From positions 35,375 to 99,374 of the forward strand of contig CAZJGK010000001.1 in the NCBI GenBank assembly GCA_964545545.1: a stretch of DNA of 64,000 nt. Reading direction: 5' to 3'. Made by a program: the position numbers and the translations under genes. Below the pieces are notes generated by a model, which worked only from the letters and a program-made list of their open reading frames with translations, was not told where the DNA came from and did not search any database. This DNA is from an uncultured Fibrobacteraceae bacterium (GTDB taxonomy: Bacteria > Krumholzibacteriota > Krumholzibacteriia > LZORAL124-64-63). Below, piece after piece: positions 9,010-18,247 of the stretch; position 1 is the stretch's first letter, and every line of letters starts with the position of its first letter.

Positions 9010-11097
9010 ATGCGATCGTGCGTTATCCTGTCCCTGTGTTTGTGTTTGCTCCCGGCCACCCATGCCGGCGCGAAACCGGCTCCCGTCACCCAGGACGCCT
9101 TTACCCTGGCCCGCTTCCTCGAAGTGCCGACCCTGGGTTCGGTGGCTGTCAGCCCCAACGGCAAACTGGTGGCCTACACCTGGAGCCAGCGAGATCTCGA
9201 TCAGGACAAGCGGATCACCCATCTCTGGCTGGGCGAGGTAGCCTCGGGCCAAACCCGCCAATTGACCTTCACGAACGACGGCGTCGGGGCGTTGGCCTGG
9301 GCGCCCAGCGGGGCCTTGAGCTACCTGCGCAAAGTAGGCGACGCCACGCAGGTCTGGATCAACCCCCTGGACGGTTCCGAGCCGCGGCCGGTAACCGACA
9401 TCAAAGGCGGGGTCAGCGCCTACTGGTGGTCACCCGATGGATCCGAGATGGCGATCCTGGCTGACCCGCCGGACACGGACACCGAGGCCGCCGCGGATTC
9501 ATCCTCCACGGACGAGGCCATCTACACCGTCCCTGATGATCGCCGGGACTGGACCGTCTTCGACCGCCTGGAACACCCCGACAAATACCAGCAGTTGTGG
9601 CTCGTGCCCGTGAGCCTGGACGGTCCCGTCGAGGACCCCGCACTCCGTCAGCTCACGTTCTCCCCCTGGTATCCATACGAAGTCGATTGGTCGCCCGACG
9701 GCAAGCAGATCGCCCTTACCTTCAACCCCCGCTTTTCCAGCCTCATCGACGAGGAACAGCAGATCGCCCTGATCGATGTGGCCACCGGCGAGGCAGAGGT
9801 CATCACCCCCGACGATCGCCACAGCTCGTTGGCCGCCTACTCTCCGGACGGCAAACAGCTCGCCTACTACACCGACCGTGAAGCCGACTTCCGCGCCTAT
9901 CTGAACCTCAAGGATGTCGTCGTCCGGAACCTGGACAGCGGCGCCGAAACCGTGGTCACCCCCGGCACCGAACTGACCCTGGGCGGAACCGGCAGCACCC
10001 CGGAGTCGGCTCCCCAGTGGGGCTCCCACAACCGGTACCTCTACCTGCCCGCGGCCCACGGCACGGGCCTGGACATGGTTCGCATCGAGGTGTCCGAACA
10101 AAAGCTGGAACAGGTCACCCATTTGGAGGGCAATCTCTTCAACCTGAGCGTCGCCGGCGGCAGCTTCGCCTATCTGGAAACGGCCCTGGACAAACCCGGC
10201 ACCCTGTACGCGGGCAGGCTGGGCGACAAGGTGCGCGAAATCGACAGCACCAACGGCACCGTGGCAACCTACAACCTGCAACCGGCCAAGAAGTTGCGTC
10301 TGCACGGGCATGATGGCGGATTCGTGGAGGGATTCCTCTTTCTGCCTCCCGGCGCCGGCGGGGCCGACCATCTGCCGGCTATCATCGAGATGCACGGCGG
10401 CCCCTTCTACCGCTACGGCAACGCCTGGACCAGCCGCTATCCCTGGCAGGTCCTGTCGCGCAACGGGTTCGCGGTGTTCATCATGAACCCTCGCGGCGGC
10501 ACGGGCTACGGTCAGGAATTTTTGCGCGGGGTGTACCGCAACTTCGGCACCGACGACTACCTGGACATCATGGCCGCCGTCGACGACCTGGTCGAGCAAG
10601 GCACCATCGATCCCGACCGCCTGGGCTTCACCGGTTACAGCTACGGCGGGCTGATGACAGACGTGGTCGTCAGCCGCACTGACCGGTTCAAGGCCGCCGT
10701 GTCCATCGCCGGCATCTGGAACTTCGTTTCAGCCATGGGTCAGAACAACTCCCAGCTGTTCATCGACAGCTATCGCCGGCCGTGGGACGAGGACCTGCAG
10801 CGCATGTGGGAACAGAGTCCCGCCTCGCGCGCCGACCGCATCACCACCCCCACGCTCGTCATGCACGGCAAGGACGACGAGCCGGTGGACCCCCGCCAGT
10901 CCATCGAGATGTTCCACTACCTGCAGCTGGGCGGCGTGCCCAGCCGCCTGGTGCTGTACCCCGGCGAAGGCCACGGCATCAACAAGCCGAGCCACATGAT
11001 CGACTACGAAACACGCGAGCTGCAGTGGTTCCGCCACTACGTGCTCGGCGACAAGGAGGCGGTGGGCGCCGAGCCCCCGGTGCCCGTGGAGCCGTGA
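9010..11097 (+). CDS. S9 family serine peptidase (prolyl oligopeptidase/dipeptidyl peptidase: beta-propeller plus alpha/beta hydrolase), secreted
   Basis: Signal peptide MRSCVILSLCLCLLPATHAGA, with GGAGG upstream of the ATG at 9010. GYSYGG nucleophile elbow. WD40/TolB-like repeats (SPDG...). A C-terminal hydrolase domain carrying the catalytic triad residues. Confidence 0.85.
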   Translation: MRSCVILSLCLCLLPATHAGAKPAPVTQDAFTLARFLEVPTLGSVAVSPNGKLVAYTWSQRDLDQDKRITHLWLGEVASGQTRQLTFTNDGVGALAWAPSGALSYLRKVGDATQVWINPLDGSEPRPVTDIKGGVSAYWWSPDGSEMAILADPPDTDTEAAADSSSTDEAIYTVPDDRRDWTVFDRLEHPDKYQQLWLVPVSLDGPVEDPALRQLTFSPWYPYEVDWSPDGKQIALTFNPRFSSLIDEEQQIALIDVATGEAEVITPDDRHSSLAAYSPDGKQLAYYTDREADFRAYLNLKDVVVRNLDSGAETVVTPGTELTLGGTGSTPESAPQWGSHNRYLYLPAAHGTGLDMVRIEVSEQKLEQVTHLEGNLFNLSVAGGSFAYLETALDKPGTLYAGRLGDKVREIDSTNGTVATYNLQPAKKLRLHGHDGGFVEGFLFLPPGAGGADHLPAIIEMHGGPFYRYGNAWTSRYPWQVLSRNGFAVFIMNPRGGTGYGQEFLRGVYRNFGTDDYLDIMAAVDDLVEQGTIDPDRLGFTGYSYGGLMTDVVVSRTDRFKAAVSIAGIWNFVSAMGQNNSQLFIDSYRRPWDEDLQRMWEQSPASRADRITTPTLVMHGKDDEPVDPRQSIEMFHYLQLGGVPSRLVLYPGEGHGINKPSHMIDYETRELQWFRHYVLGDKEAVGAEPPVPVEP

Positions 11098-11141
11098 ACC
11101 TGGCGGCCGGATTCACCCAGGACAACAGCAGAACCTGAATG

Positions 11142-11182
11142 AAGCAGGCGGCCCGCAAGAGAATGTTGCGGGCCGCCTGCTT
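11142..11182. terminator. Strong 17-bp-stem hairpin between convergent genes. Possible bidirectional terminator, but the flanking A and T tracts are not in canonical orientation.
   Basis: AAGCAGGCGGCCCGCAA gagaatg TTGCGGGCCGCCTGCTT, read from the sequence. Confidence 0.35.
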
Positions 11183-11212
11183 GAAAAACCGGAACATGCA
11201 CCGGATACCGGT

Positions 11213-12205
11213 CTACTCCGTCAGACTCGCCGGCCGATAGCTGATCTGGAAGATGAACGCCGCGTCCCGGCTGTCATCCCTCAGGTCGTTGTCGTAGCTG
11301 GTGACCACAGGGACACGGGCCCCGGCAAAGGGCTTGAAGGCGCCCAGATCATAGGACAGCCCCGGGAACACGTCCACCAGGGTGCCACCCTGGTCCAGGT
11401 TGGATTCCCCCCCCGGTGTGCCGTCGTTCCAGGAAGTTTCCACCTTGCCGTCGCCGATCAGCATGGCGCTGGCACCCAGGTTGAACCACAACTGGCCGCC
11501 CACGCGCCGGCGGGCGAACAGGGAGACCACACCCAGGTTGGCGTTGGTCACCTTGCTGGTCATGATGGCCGTACCGAAATCCGTGGCCGTCTCCTTGCCC
11601 GAGTTAAGGCGGTACAGGGCTGCAGCAATGATGCCGGTGTTGGCCGACGACCGGGCGTATTGCCCCCGGACCAGCAGATCCGTCCCGCCGGTGCCGAGAG
11701 GCACGGGATATTCACTGCCAAATTCATCGGTGTCGATCTTGGTCTCATCGCCGGTGGGCAACTTCACGCTTCCCTGGAAGCGAAACTCGGCGCCCGAACT
11801 CTGCAGACGTTTGGTGTATTCCCCATCCAGAGTGATGTCCCCCAGGCCGCTAGCCTCGGCGTCGAATCCAAAATAATGACGGGTGTAATTGAAAATCAGG
11901 GGCACATGGGCCTTGAAGGACAAGGCCGGTGACACGCGGTAAAAGGGTGCCAACACGCCGGATTTGATATCTGAAGTGACATCCACATAGGCGCTGACGC
12001 CCAACGGACCAACGGCGCCGGCACCCTGAGGCGCCGCAAACTCATCCACGGTCGGCACAATCAGGGGCGATACGGTGACGTCAAACTCCTGACCGCTACC
12101 ATCTCCCTCGGGCAAAAAATCGCCGTTCGTCTGGGCCGGCGCCAAACCGGAAACCAGCATCAGCAACACAACCGCGCACATCAGCTTCCAACCAGAGACC
12201 CTCAT
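11213..12205 (-). CDS. Secreted protein, likely outer-membrane beta-barrel. Function unknown.
   Basis: Internal ATG at 12205 with GGAG upstream gives MRVSGWKLMCAVVLLMLVSGLAPAQT (signal peptide). The rest is Gly/aromatic-rich beta-strand sequence. I reject the track's N-terminal extension to 12742 as low-complexity read-through. Confidence 0.55.
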   Translation of the reverse strand: MRVSGWKLMCAVVLLMLVSGLAPAQTNGDFLPEGDGSGQEFDVTVSPLIVPTVDEFAAPQGAGAVGPLGVSAYVDVTSDIKSGVLAPFYRVSPALSFKAHVPLIFNYTRHYFGFDAEASGLGDITLDGEYTKRLQSSGAEFRFQGSVKLPTGDETKIDTDEFGSEYPVPLGTGGTDLLVRGQYARSSANTGIIAAALYRLNSGKETATDFGTAIMTSKVTNANLGVVSLFARRRVGGQLWFNLGASAMLIGDGKVETSWNDGTPGGESNLDQGGTLVDVFPGLSYDLGAFKPFAGARVPVVTSYDNDLRDDSRDAAFIFQISYRPASLTE

Positions 12206-12365
12206 GTCGGCTCCTTTCAAGGTGTTGACTTTCCACAGACCGGCATCCCCGGCAATTTCGTGGCGAAATTCCCTTCTGAAAAACATGGCCTGCTTCGATA
12301 AACGGATGATATCATCGATTCCTATCTGAGCTTTTGCAAACAATTCCTGAAGCGGAGGGTGTTCC

Positions 12366-12851
12366 ATGTCCAGAATCCGAATCCTGTTGCCGGTCGTTTT
12401 GCTTTTGGCGGCGGCGGTGGCCCTGGCCGCAGCCGGAGTCATGAGTGTCCAGGTGCGCACCGGGAAGATGCGCGCCAAGCCTTCCTTCCTGGGTCCGGTG
12501 GTCGCCTCGGTGGGATACGGCGACCGCGTCACGGTGCTGGGCGAGAAGGGCGGTTGGGTCCAAATCCGCAACGCCTCAGGGAAGACCGGGTGGATCCATG
12601 TTTCGGCCCTGACGGAGAAAAAAGTCGTGCTGCGGGCCGGCGACGCCGATGTGGCCACCGGCGCCTCGGGCGAGGAGCTGGCGCTGGCGGGCAAGGGCTT
12701 CAATGACGCCGTCGAAGCCGAGTTCCGCGCCGAGAACCCCAACGCGGATTACACGTGGGTCGACAAGATGGAGACCTTCCGCGTCACCCCCGAGCAGGCC
12801 AGGGACTTCCTGGCCGCGGGCAAGGTCACCGTCCCCGGAGGTGAGCGATGA
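12366..12851 (+). CDS. Secreted SH3b-domain protein
   Basis: Signal peptide ILLPVVLLLAAAVALAAAG. SH3b-like VGYGDRVTVLGEKGGWVQIRNASGKTGWIHVSAL. Its stop overlaps the next start (ATGA). Confidence 0.7.
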   Translation: MSRIRILLPVVLLLAAAVALAAAGVMSVQVRTGKMRAKPSFLGPVVASVGYGDRVTVLGEKGGWVQIRNASGKTGWIHVSALTEKKVVLRAGDADVATGASGEELALAGKGFNDAVEAEFRAENPNADYTWVDKMETFRVTPEQARDFLAAGKVTVPGGER

Positions 12852-13756
12852 ACACGCGCAACCTCGTCGGAATCGCCGCCTGTACCCTGGCTCTGGCAGC
12901 CTTGTTCGGATGCAGCACCATGACGAAGATCGGCACCCAGATCGGACAGGGATCCGGCGTGATCACCGAGGAACAGGCGGCCTCGATCACCAAAACCAGC
13001 GCCGCCCTGGAGAAAACCTTCGCCGACATCACGCCCGAACAGGAGTACTACATCGGTCGGGCCGTGGCCGCGACCATCCTGCAAACCTATCACCCGTTGG
13101 ACAATCCGGCGGCCAACGCCTACATGAATGAACTGGGTCAAACCCTGGCCATGGCCTCGGACCGGCCCGAGACCTTCGGGGGCTATCATTTCCTGCTGCT
13201 GGACAGCGATGAAATCAACGCTTTCGCGGCCCCCGGCGGGTTGATTCTCGTGTGTCGCGGACTGGTTTCCTGTTGCAGGACCGAGGATGATCTGGCTGCC
13301 GTCCTGGCCCATGAAATCGGTCACGTGCAGGACAAGGACGGCCTGCGCGCCATCAAGAAAAGCCGCCTGACCAGCGCCTTGACCACCCTGGGCGTGGAGG
13401 CCGGGCGCAATCTGGGCAACGCCAAGGTCAAGGATTTGACCGAGCAATTCGCCGGAGGTATCCAGGACATCGTTCAGTCCCTGGTGACCAAGGGTTACGC
13501 CCGCGGGCAGGAATACGAGGCGGACGCGGCCTCGGTCGACATTCTCGGCCGGGTTGGTTACAACCCCGGTGCCCTGGTCTCCATGCTGAACCAGATGGAC
13601 AAACGCTGGCAGCCGAACGGGCCCGGGTTCGCCCGCACCCACCCGTCGCCCACCGACCGCATCCAGCATGTAAGGCCCTTGGTGGAGTCGACGGCCGGCG
13701 AAGATCAACCCCGTTCGCCCAGAGCCCGCTTCGCCGCAGCCGTACGCGGACTCTAG
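12848..13756 (+). CDS. M48-family zinc metallopeptidase lipoprotein (BepA/LoiP-like)
   Basis: Lipobox ALFGC. HEIGH zinc motif (LAHEIGHVQDKD). Downstream EYEADAASVDIL, typical of M48. Confidence 0.85.
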   Translation: MNTRNLVGIAACTLALAALFGCSTMTKIGTQIGQGSGVITEEQAASITKTSAALEKTFADITPEQEYYIGRAVAATILQTYHPLDNPAANAYMNELGQTLAMASDRPETFGGYHFLLLDSDEINAFAAPGGLILVCRGLVSCCRTEDDLAAVLAHEIGHVQDKDGLRAIKKSRLTSALTTLGVEAGRNLGNAKVKDLTEQFAGGIQDIVQSLVTKGYARGQEYEADAASVDILGRVGYNPGALVSMLNQMDKRWQPNGPGFARTHPSPTDRIQHVRPLVESTAGEDQPRSPRARFAAAVRGL

Positions 13757-13760
13757 GCTT

Positions 13761-15746
13761 ATGAAATCGAGCCATGCACATGGTCTGCTGATCGGACTGG
13801 GTGCCGGAGTGCTGGCTCTGGCCCTATGGTTCGGCCATACCCTGGACGGACTCGAAAACACAACATGGGGCTGGCGGGTGCGGGCCATGGCCCGCCCTGC
13901 GCCCACCACCGACCAGATCGTGCTCATCCTGCTGGACCAGGCCAGTCTGGATTGGGGCGAGCAGGAAAACGGACTGCCCTGGCCTTGGCCGCGTGAAGTG
14001 TACGTGCCCGTGCTGGACTTCTGCCGGCGCGCCGGAGCCACCGCGACCGCGTTCGATGTCCTGTTCACCGAGCCCTCGGCCTACGGTGTCGCGGACGACC
14101 AGGCCCTGGGCGAAGCCATTGCCCGCAACGGATCCTTCATCGGAGCCCGCTTCCTCAAACTGGGTGCCACCGGGGTCACCGGATGCGACGAACCCATTGC
14201 CGAGGTGGCCGGGGCCGCCCGGCTCCTGGCCAACGTCAGCGCGGTGCCTGATGCAGACGGCCTGTTCCGGAGCACGGACCCCGTTCGCCGGTGGAAGGAA
14301 GAACCCGTGCCCGCCCTGGGTCTGGCCGCATGGCTGACCAGCCGCAACCTGGGGATTGCGGATCTCGATTCCGTCCTGGCGGCCCTATCCCTGAAAGCTG
14401 ATCAGTCCGTTTTGCTGCGCTTTCGCGGCCCCTTGGAAACCTTCACCACCTTCAGCGCCGCCAGCATCATCCAGTCCGAATTGCGGCTCGAAGCCGGCGA
14501 AATACCCGCCGTCGACCCCGCCTTGCTGCGCGGCAAGATCGTCCTGTTCGGTTTCAGCGCGCCCGGCCTGCTGGATCAGCGTCCCACCCCCGTCAGCCGC
14601 GTGAGCCCCGGTGTGATGATCCATGCCACCCTGCTGGACAACCTGTTGAACAGGGACTTCATGCACCGGACTCCCGGTTGGGCGGTCCTGGTCGGCACCC
14701 TGTTTTTGGCCCTGTTGGCCGGATCCTTGGCGGTGACGGTCCACCGGACGCTCCATGTGATCCTGGCGGCCGCACTGCTGCTGATGATTCCCCTGGCCGT
14801 GGGCTTTGCTCTCTACGGACCCGGCCTGTGGTGGCCCGTCGTTCCGGGCACCCTGGCCGCCGCCTTGGCCGTGTTCGGCGGGGTCGTGCGCAACTACGCC
14901 GTGGAAGGCCGGCAAAAACGGTTCATCAAGCAGGCTTTCCGACACTATCTGAGCCCGGCGGTCATCGCCCGCATCCTGGACGATCCCCGCGCCCTTAAAC
15001 TGGGCGGGGAACGGCGCGAACTGACCATCATGTTCTCCGACCTGGCCGGATTCACCTCCCTGTCCGAAGGACTGGAGCCCGAAGCCCTGACCGCCCTGCT
15101 CAACGACTACCTGACCGACATGACCGATATCATCCTGGCCGAGGGGGGCACCCTGGACAAGTACGAGGGGGACGCCATCATGGCGTTCTGGAACGCCCCG
15201 CTGGACCAGGCGGACCATGCCGCGCGCGCCTGCCGGGCGGCCGTGCGTTGTCAGAAGAAATTGGACGCCCGCGCCGAGGAATTCCGGGTCCGCTGCGGCC
15301 GGCCGCTTTTCGCCCGCATCGGCGTTCACACCGGCGAGGTTATTGTCGGCAACATGGGATCGCGCCAGCGCTTCGACTATACCGTGCTGGGCGATGCGGC
15401 CAATCTGGCCTCGCGGCTCGAAGGCGCCAACAAGGCTTTCGGCAGCGCGGTGATGATCAGCGCCGCGACCCTGGCCCGGGCCGGCAACGGCTTCCTGGCC
15501 CGGCCGCTGGGTCCGGTGCGCGTGATCGGCCGACGCGAGCCCGTGGAAGTGTTTGAGCTGGCGGGTCTGGCCACCGATCCCGAGCCCGCATCCTGGACCA
15601 TCTTCGCCCGGGGCCTGGCTGCCTGGCGCGAAGGCGAAGTGAGCGGGGCCCGTGAATTTTTCGGCGCCTGCGGCGACGATCCCGTGGCCCGGCATTGCCT
15701 GGATATGATCGACCAGACCGGGGTGTGGACCCTGGACAGCAAGTAA
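13761..15746 (+). CDS. CHASE2 sensor domain fused to a class III adenylate/guanylate cyclase
   Basis: N-terminal TM helix followed by a periplasmic CHASE2-like region. Then 3 TM helices. The cyclase domain shows FSDLAGFTSLSE...GDAIMAFWNAP...GVHTGEVIVGNMG...YTVLGDAANLASRLE. Confidence 0.85.
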   Translation: MKSSHAHGLLIGLGAGVLALALWFGHTLDGLENTTWGWRVRAMARPAPTTDQIVLILLDQASLDWGEQENGLPWPWPREVYVPVLDFCRRAGATATAFDVLFTEPSAYGVADDQALGEAIARNGSFIGARFLKLGATGVTGCDEPIAEVAGAARLLANVSAVPDADGLFRSTDPVRRWKEEPVPALGLAAWLTSRNLGIADLDSVLAALSLKADQSVLLRFRGPLETFTTFSAASIIQSELRLEAGEIPAVDPALLRGKIVLFGFSAPGLLDQRPTPVSRVSPGVMIHATLLDNLLNRDFMHRTPGWAVLVGTLFLALLAGSLAVTVHRTLHVILAAALLLMIPLAVGFALYGPGLWWPVVPGTLAAALAVFGGVVRNYAVEGRQKRFIKQAFRHYLSPAVIARILDDPRALKLGGERRELTIMFSDLAGFTSLSEGLEPEALTALLNDYLTDMTDIILAEGGTLDKYEGDAIMAFWNAPLDQADHAARACRAAVRCQKKLDARAEEFRVRCGRPLFARIGVHTGEVIVGNMGSRQRFDYTVLGDAANLASRLEGANKAFGSAVMISAATLARAGNGFLARPLGPVRVIGRREPVEVFELAGLATDPEPASWTIFARGLAAWREGEVSGAREFFGACGDDPVARHCLDMIDQTGVWTLDSK

Positions 15747-15762
15747 CCGCGGAGGCGGCATC

Positions 15763-16629
15763 ATGAAAATCCTGTGCGGCGGCGTGCGCGGCTCGATTCC
15801 CTGCGCCGAGCCCAACACCACCAGGTATGGCGGACACACCACCTGCCTGCTGGTCACCGGCCAGGGCGGCGAGCTCGTGCTGCTGGATGCCGGCAGCGGC
15901 GTCAGGACCGTGGCCGACCACCTGAGACCGGCCGCGGAATCGGCGCCTGCGCTGCACATCCTGATGACCCACCTGCATCTGGACCATCTGCTCGGACTGC
16001 CCATGCTGCCGGTCCTTCACGACGCCCGCTGGACGGTGACCATCACGGGCTTTCAACCCCAAGTCGGGTCTCTCCAGGGGGCCCTGGACCGTTTGCTTTC
16101 ACCCCCGCTGTGGCCGTTCTCGCTGGCTGACTGCGCGGCGACCGTCCAGGTACGGGAGCTCACCCCTGCCGATCCCCTTCCGGCGGTTGGGGGCCTGGAG
16201 ATCCGGGGCCTTCCCGTTCCCCATCCGGGCCGGTGCACGGCCTGGCGCATCGACGAATCCGCGACCGGCACCTCCCTGGTTCTGGCCACGGACATGGAGT
16301 GGTCGGCGGCCGCCCCCCGACAACGGCGGGCATTCTTGGATTTCTGCCGCCTGCCGCAGCCGGTCGACCTCCTGGTGATGGACGGTCATTTCGCTCCGCG
16401 GGAATTGTCCGGCAAAACGGGCTGGGGCCACAGCTCCACTGACGAATGCCTGGCGGTGGCCCGTGACTGCGGCGCAGCGCGTCTGTTGATCACCCACCAT
16501 GCCCCGGACCATGATGACGACCGTCTCGATGCCATGGCCGATCATGTGCACGGAGTGTGGGAACACGCCGGTCTGGCGCGCCAGGGTATGGAAATTTCAT
16601 TGGACGCATCCTTGCGAAAGGAATCCTGA
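15763..16629 (+). CDS. MBL-fold metallo-hydrolase. Candidate class II-type cNMP phosphodiesterase.
   Basis: HLHLDHLLGL motif (HxHxDH). 288 aa. GGAGG RBS. Located between the cyclase and the cNMP-gated channel genes. Confidence 0.75.
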   Translation: MKILCGGVRGSIPCAEPNTTRYGGHTTCLLVTGQGGELVLLDAGSGVRTVADHLRPAAESAPALHILMTHLHLDHLLGLPMLPVLHDARWTVTITGFQPQVGSLQGALDRLLSPPLWPFSLADCAATVQVRELTPADPLPAVGGLEIRGLPVPHPGRCTAWRIDESATGTSLVLATDMEWSAAAPRQRRAFLDFCRLPQPVDLLVMDGHFAPRELSGKTGWGHSSTDECLAVARDCGAARLLITHHAPDHDDDRLDAMADHVHGVWEHAGLARQGMEISLDASLRKES

Positions 16630-16631
16630 GC

Positions 16632-18236
16632 GTGAACGCCTACACTTCGACCATCCTGGAATTTGTGATCCTGTTTCTGATCTGGCTGATGGCCACGATT
16701 CTCACCTCACCCCTGAGACGTCGCCTGCATGACCAGGGCGAAACTATCCAGCCGGTTTCCACGGCGTTGCGCGCGATTTTCCCCCACCTGTCCCGTTCCC
16801 TGCTGGTTTTGGTCCTGACCCAGGTCCTGGTGATGGCGACGGCGGCCTGGCCCGCCGTGTCCGGTTGGCTCGACCTTCATCATGGACACCTGGTAGCGTG
16901 GCAGATCTTCTGGCTCGGCCTGTTCATCATCAATCTGGCCGAGAGTTGCCTTCAGGCGGTTTTCAGCTGGCGTAAGCAGGCATTCCCTTTGCCGGATCTG
17001 CTCCTGGACATTTTCCGCGGAATCCTGGTTGTCACCCTGGCGTTGCTGGTGCTGCGGTTTGAACTCAGCATCGATATCGGGCCGTTGTTGGCCTCCACCG
17101 CACTGCTGACCGCCGTGGCCGGCTTCGCTTTGCAGGGCGTGCTGGGCAACCTCATGGCCGGCATGTCCCTTCACCTTGTGCGCACGTTGAAGCCGGGGGT
17201 CTGGGTGGAGGTGGACGGCATCGAGGGCCGCATTCTGCGCACCAACTGGCGCGAAACCCGGATCCGCACCCGCGGGGGGCACCTCTACATCATTCCCAAC
17301 GCCAGGATCGCCGCGTCCAAGATCCACAACTACGCCGAGCCCACGCCCCTGCGACGCCATGTGGTCAACGTGGGCGCCAGTTACAGCGACGCCCCCGACG
17401 AGGTCATGGCCGCCATGGTGGCGGCGGCCCGCGCCGTACCCGAGGTGCGGTCCAGCCCGGCGCCGGAGGCCATGATCACCGAGTTCCAGGACTTCGGCGT
17501 CAACTACCGCCTGGAGTTCTGGACCACAGAGCTGCAGCGCCATAACCCCATCGACGGCGCCGTCAACCGCGTGATCTGGTACCAGTTCAAACGCCGCGGC
17601 ATCGAAATCCCCTTCCCCATGAGCGACAAGCTGCTCAACGATTTCATGGCCGTGGTCTACAACCAGCGGCGGTTGCCGCCCGTGCCTGAAGACATTTCAC
17701 GCACGGTCGACGACCTGCTCCGCAGCGACCTTTGCACCGGCCTGCTGCAGAGCGAAAGCGGGGAACCCTTGTTCACCCCCCAGGACCTGGAAAAGCTCGC
17801 CCCCCACCTCGGTCGCCTGCCCTATACCAACGGGGAAACCCTGTGTGCACAGGGTGACGGAGGGGAAACATTCTGGATCGTCACCGGCGGCAAGCTGATG
17901 GGCACCGTGGCGCAGGATGGCCACACCGCCGCCGAATTCGAACTCGGCCCCGGCGCCGTGGTGGGTGAGATGAGTTGCCTGACGGGCCTGCCCCGCAGCG
18001 CCACGCTCATGACCACCACCGGAACCGAGCTGCTGGAATTCGGCCCGGCTGCTTTTCAAGCCCTGCTGGAACTGCATCCGGGGATCCCCGAGCGTCTGGC
18101 TGACCTGGCGGCCGCCCGGGCGGCCGAGAACCAGGCCTCACTGGAAACCCTGGCCGGCAGCCTGCAGCCAGAGAGCCCCATCGTCCTGGAGAAACGGGGA
18201 ATCCTGGGCCGGTTGTTGCGAATCATGAATCGGTGA
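16632..18236 (+). CDS. MscS-family mechanosensitive channel with a C-terminal cyclic-nucleotide-binding domain (bCNG-type)
   Basis: TM helices, then an MscS beta domain (GVWVEVDGIEGRILRTNWRETRIRTRGGHLYIIPN). C-terminal cNMP-binding motif GPGAVVGEMSCLTGLPRSATLMT. I chose the GTG at 16632 (AAAGGA upstream) to avoid overlap with the upstream gene. Confidence 0.75.
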   Translation: MNAYTSTILEFVILFLIWLMATILTSPLRRRLHDQGETIQPVSTALRAIFPHLSRSLLVLVLTQVLVMATAAWPAVSGWLDLHHGHLVAWQIFWLGLFIINLAESCLQAVFSWRKQAFPLPDLLLDIFRGILVVTLALLVLRFELSIDIGPLLASTALLTAVAGFALQGVLGNLMAGMSLHLVRTLKPGVWVEVDGIEGRILRTNWRETRIRTRGGHLYIIPNARIAASKIHNYAEPTPLRRHVVNVGASYSDAPDEVMAAMVAAARAVPEVRSSPAPEAMITEFQDFGVNYRLEFWTTELQRHNPIDGAVNRVIWYQFKRRGIEIPFPMSDKLLNDFMAVVYNQRRLPPVPEDISRTVDDLLRSDLCTGLLQSESGEPLFTPQDLEKLAPHLGRLPYTNGETLCAQGDGGETFWIVTGGKLMGTVAQDGHTAAEFELGPGAVVGEMSCLTGLPRSATLMTTTGTELLEFGPAAFQALLELHPGIPERLADLAAARAAENQASLETLAGSLQPESPIVLEKRGILGRLLRIMNR

Positions 18237-18247
18237 CGGTCAGGGCA

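Noticed and set aside
9499-10599. 366-aa ORF antisense to the S9 peptidase
   Set aside because: High-GC antisense artefact. No motifs.
11213-12742. 509-aa version of the OMP gene
   Set aside because: The N-terminal 179 aa are Ser/Ala/Thr/Pro low-complexity read-through of intergenic DNA. A signal peptide with GGAG RBS begins at the internal ATG 12205.
14385-16004. 539-aa ORF antisense to the cyclase and MBL genes
   Set aside because: Antisense to two motif-supported CDSs. Repetitive G/A/R/Q composition.
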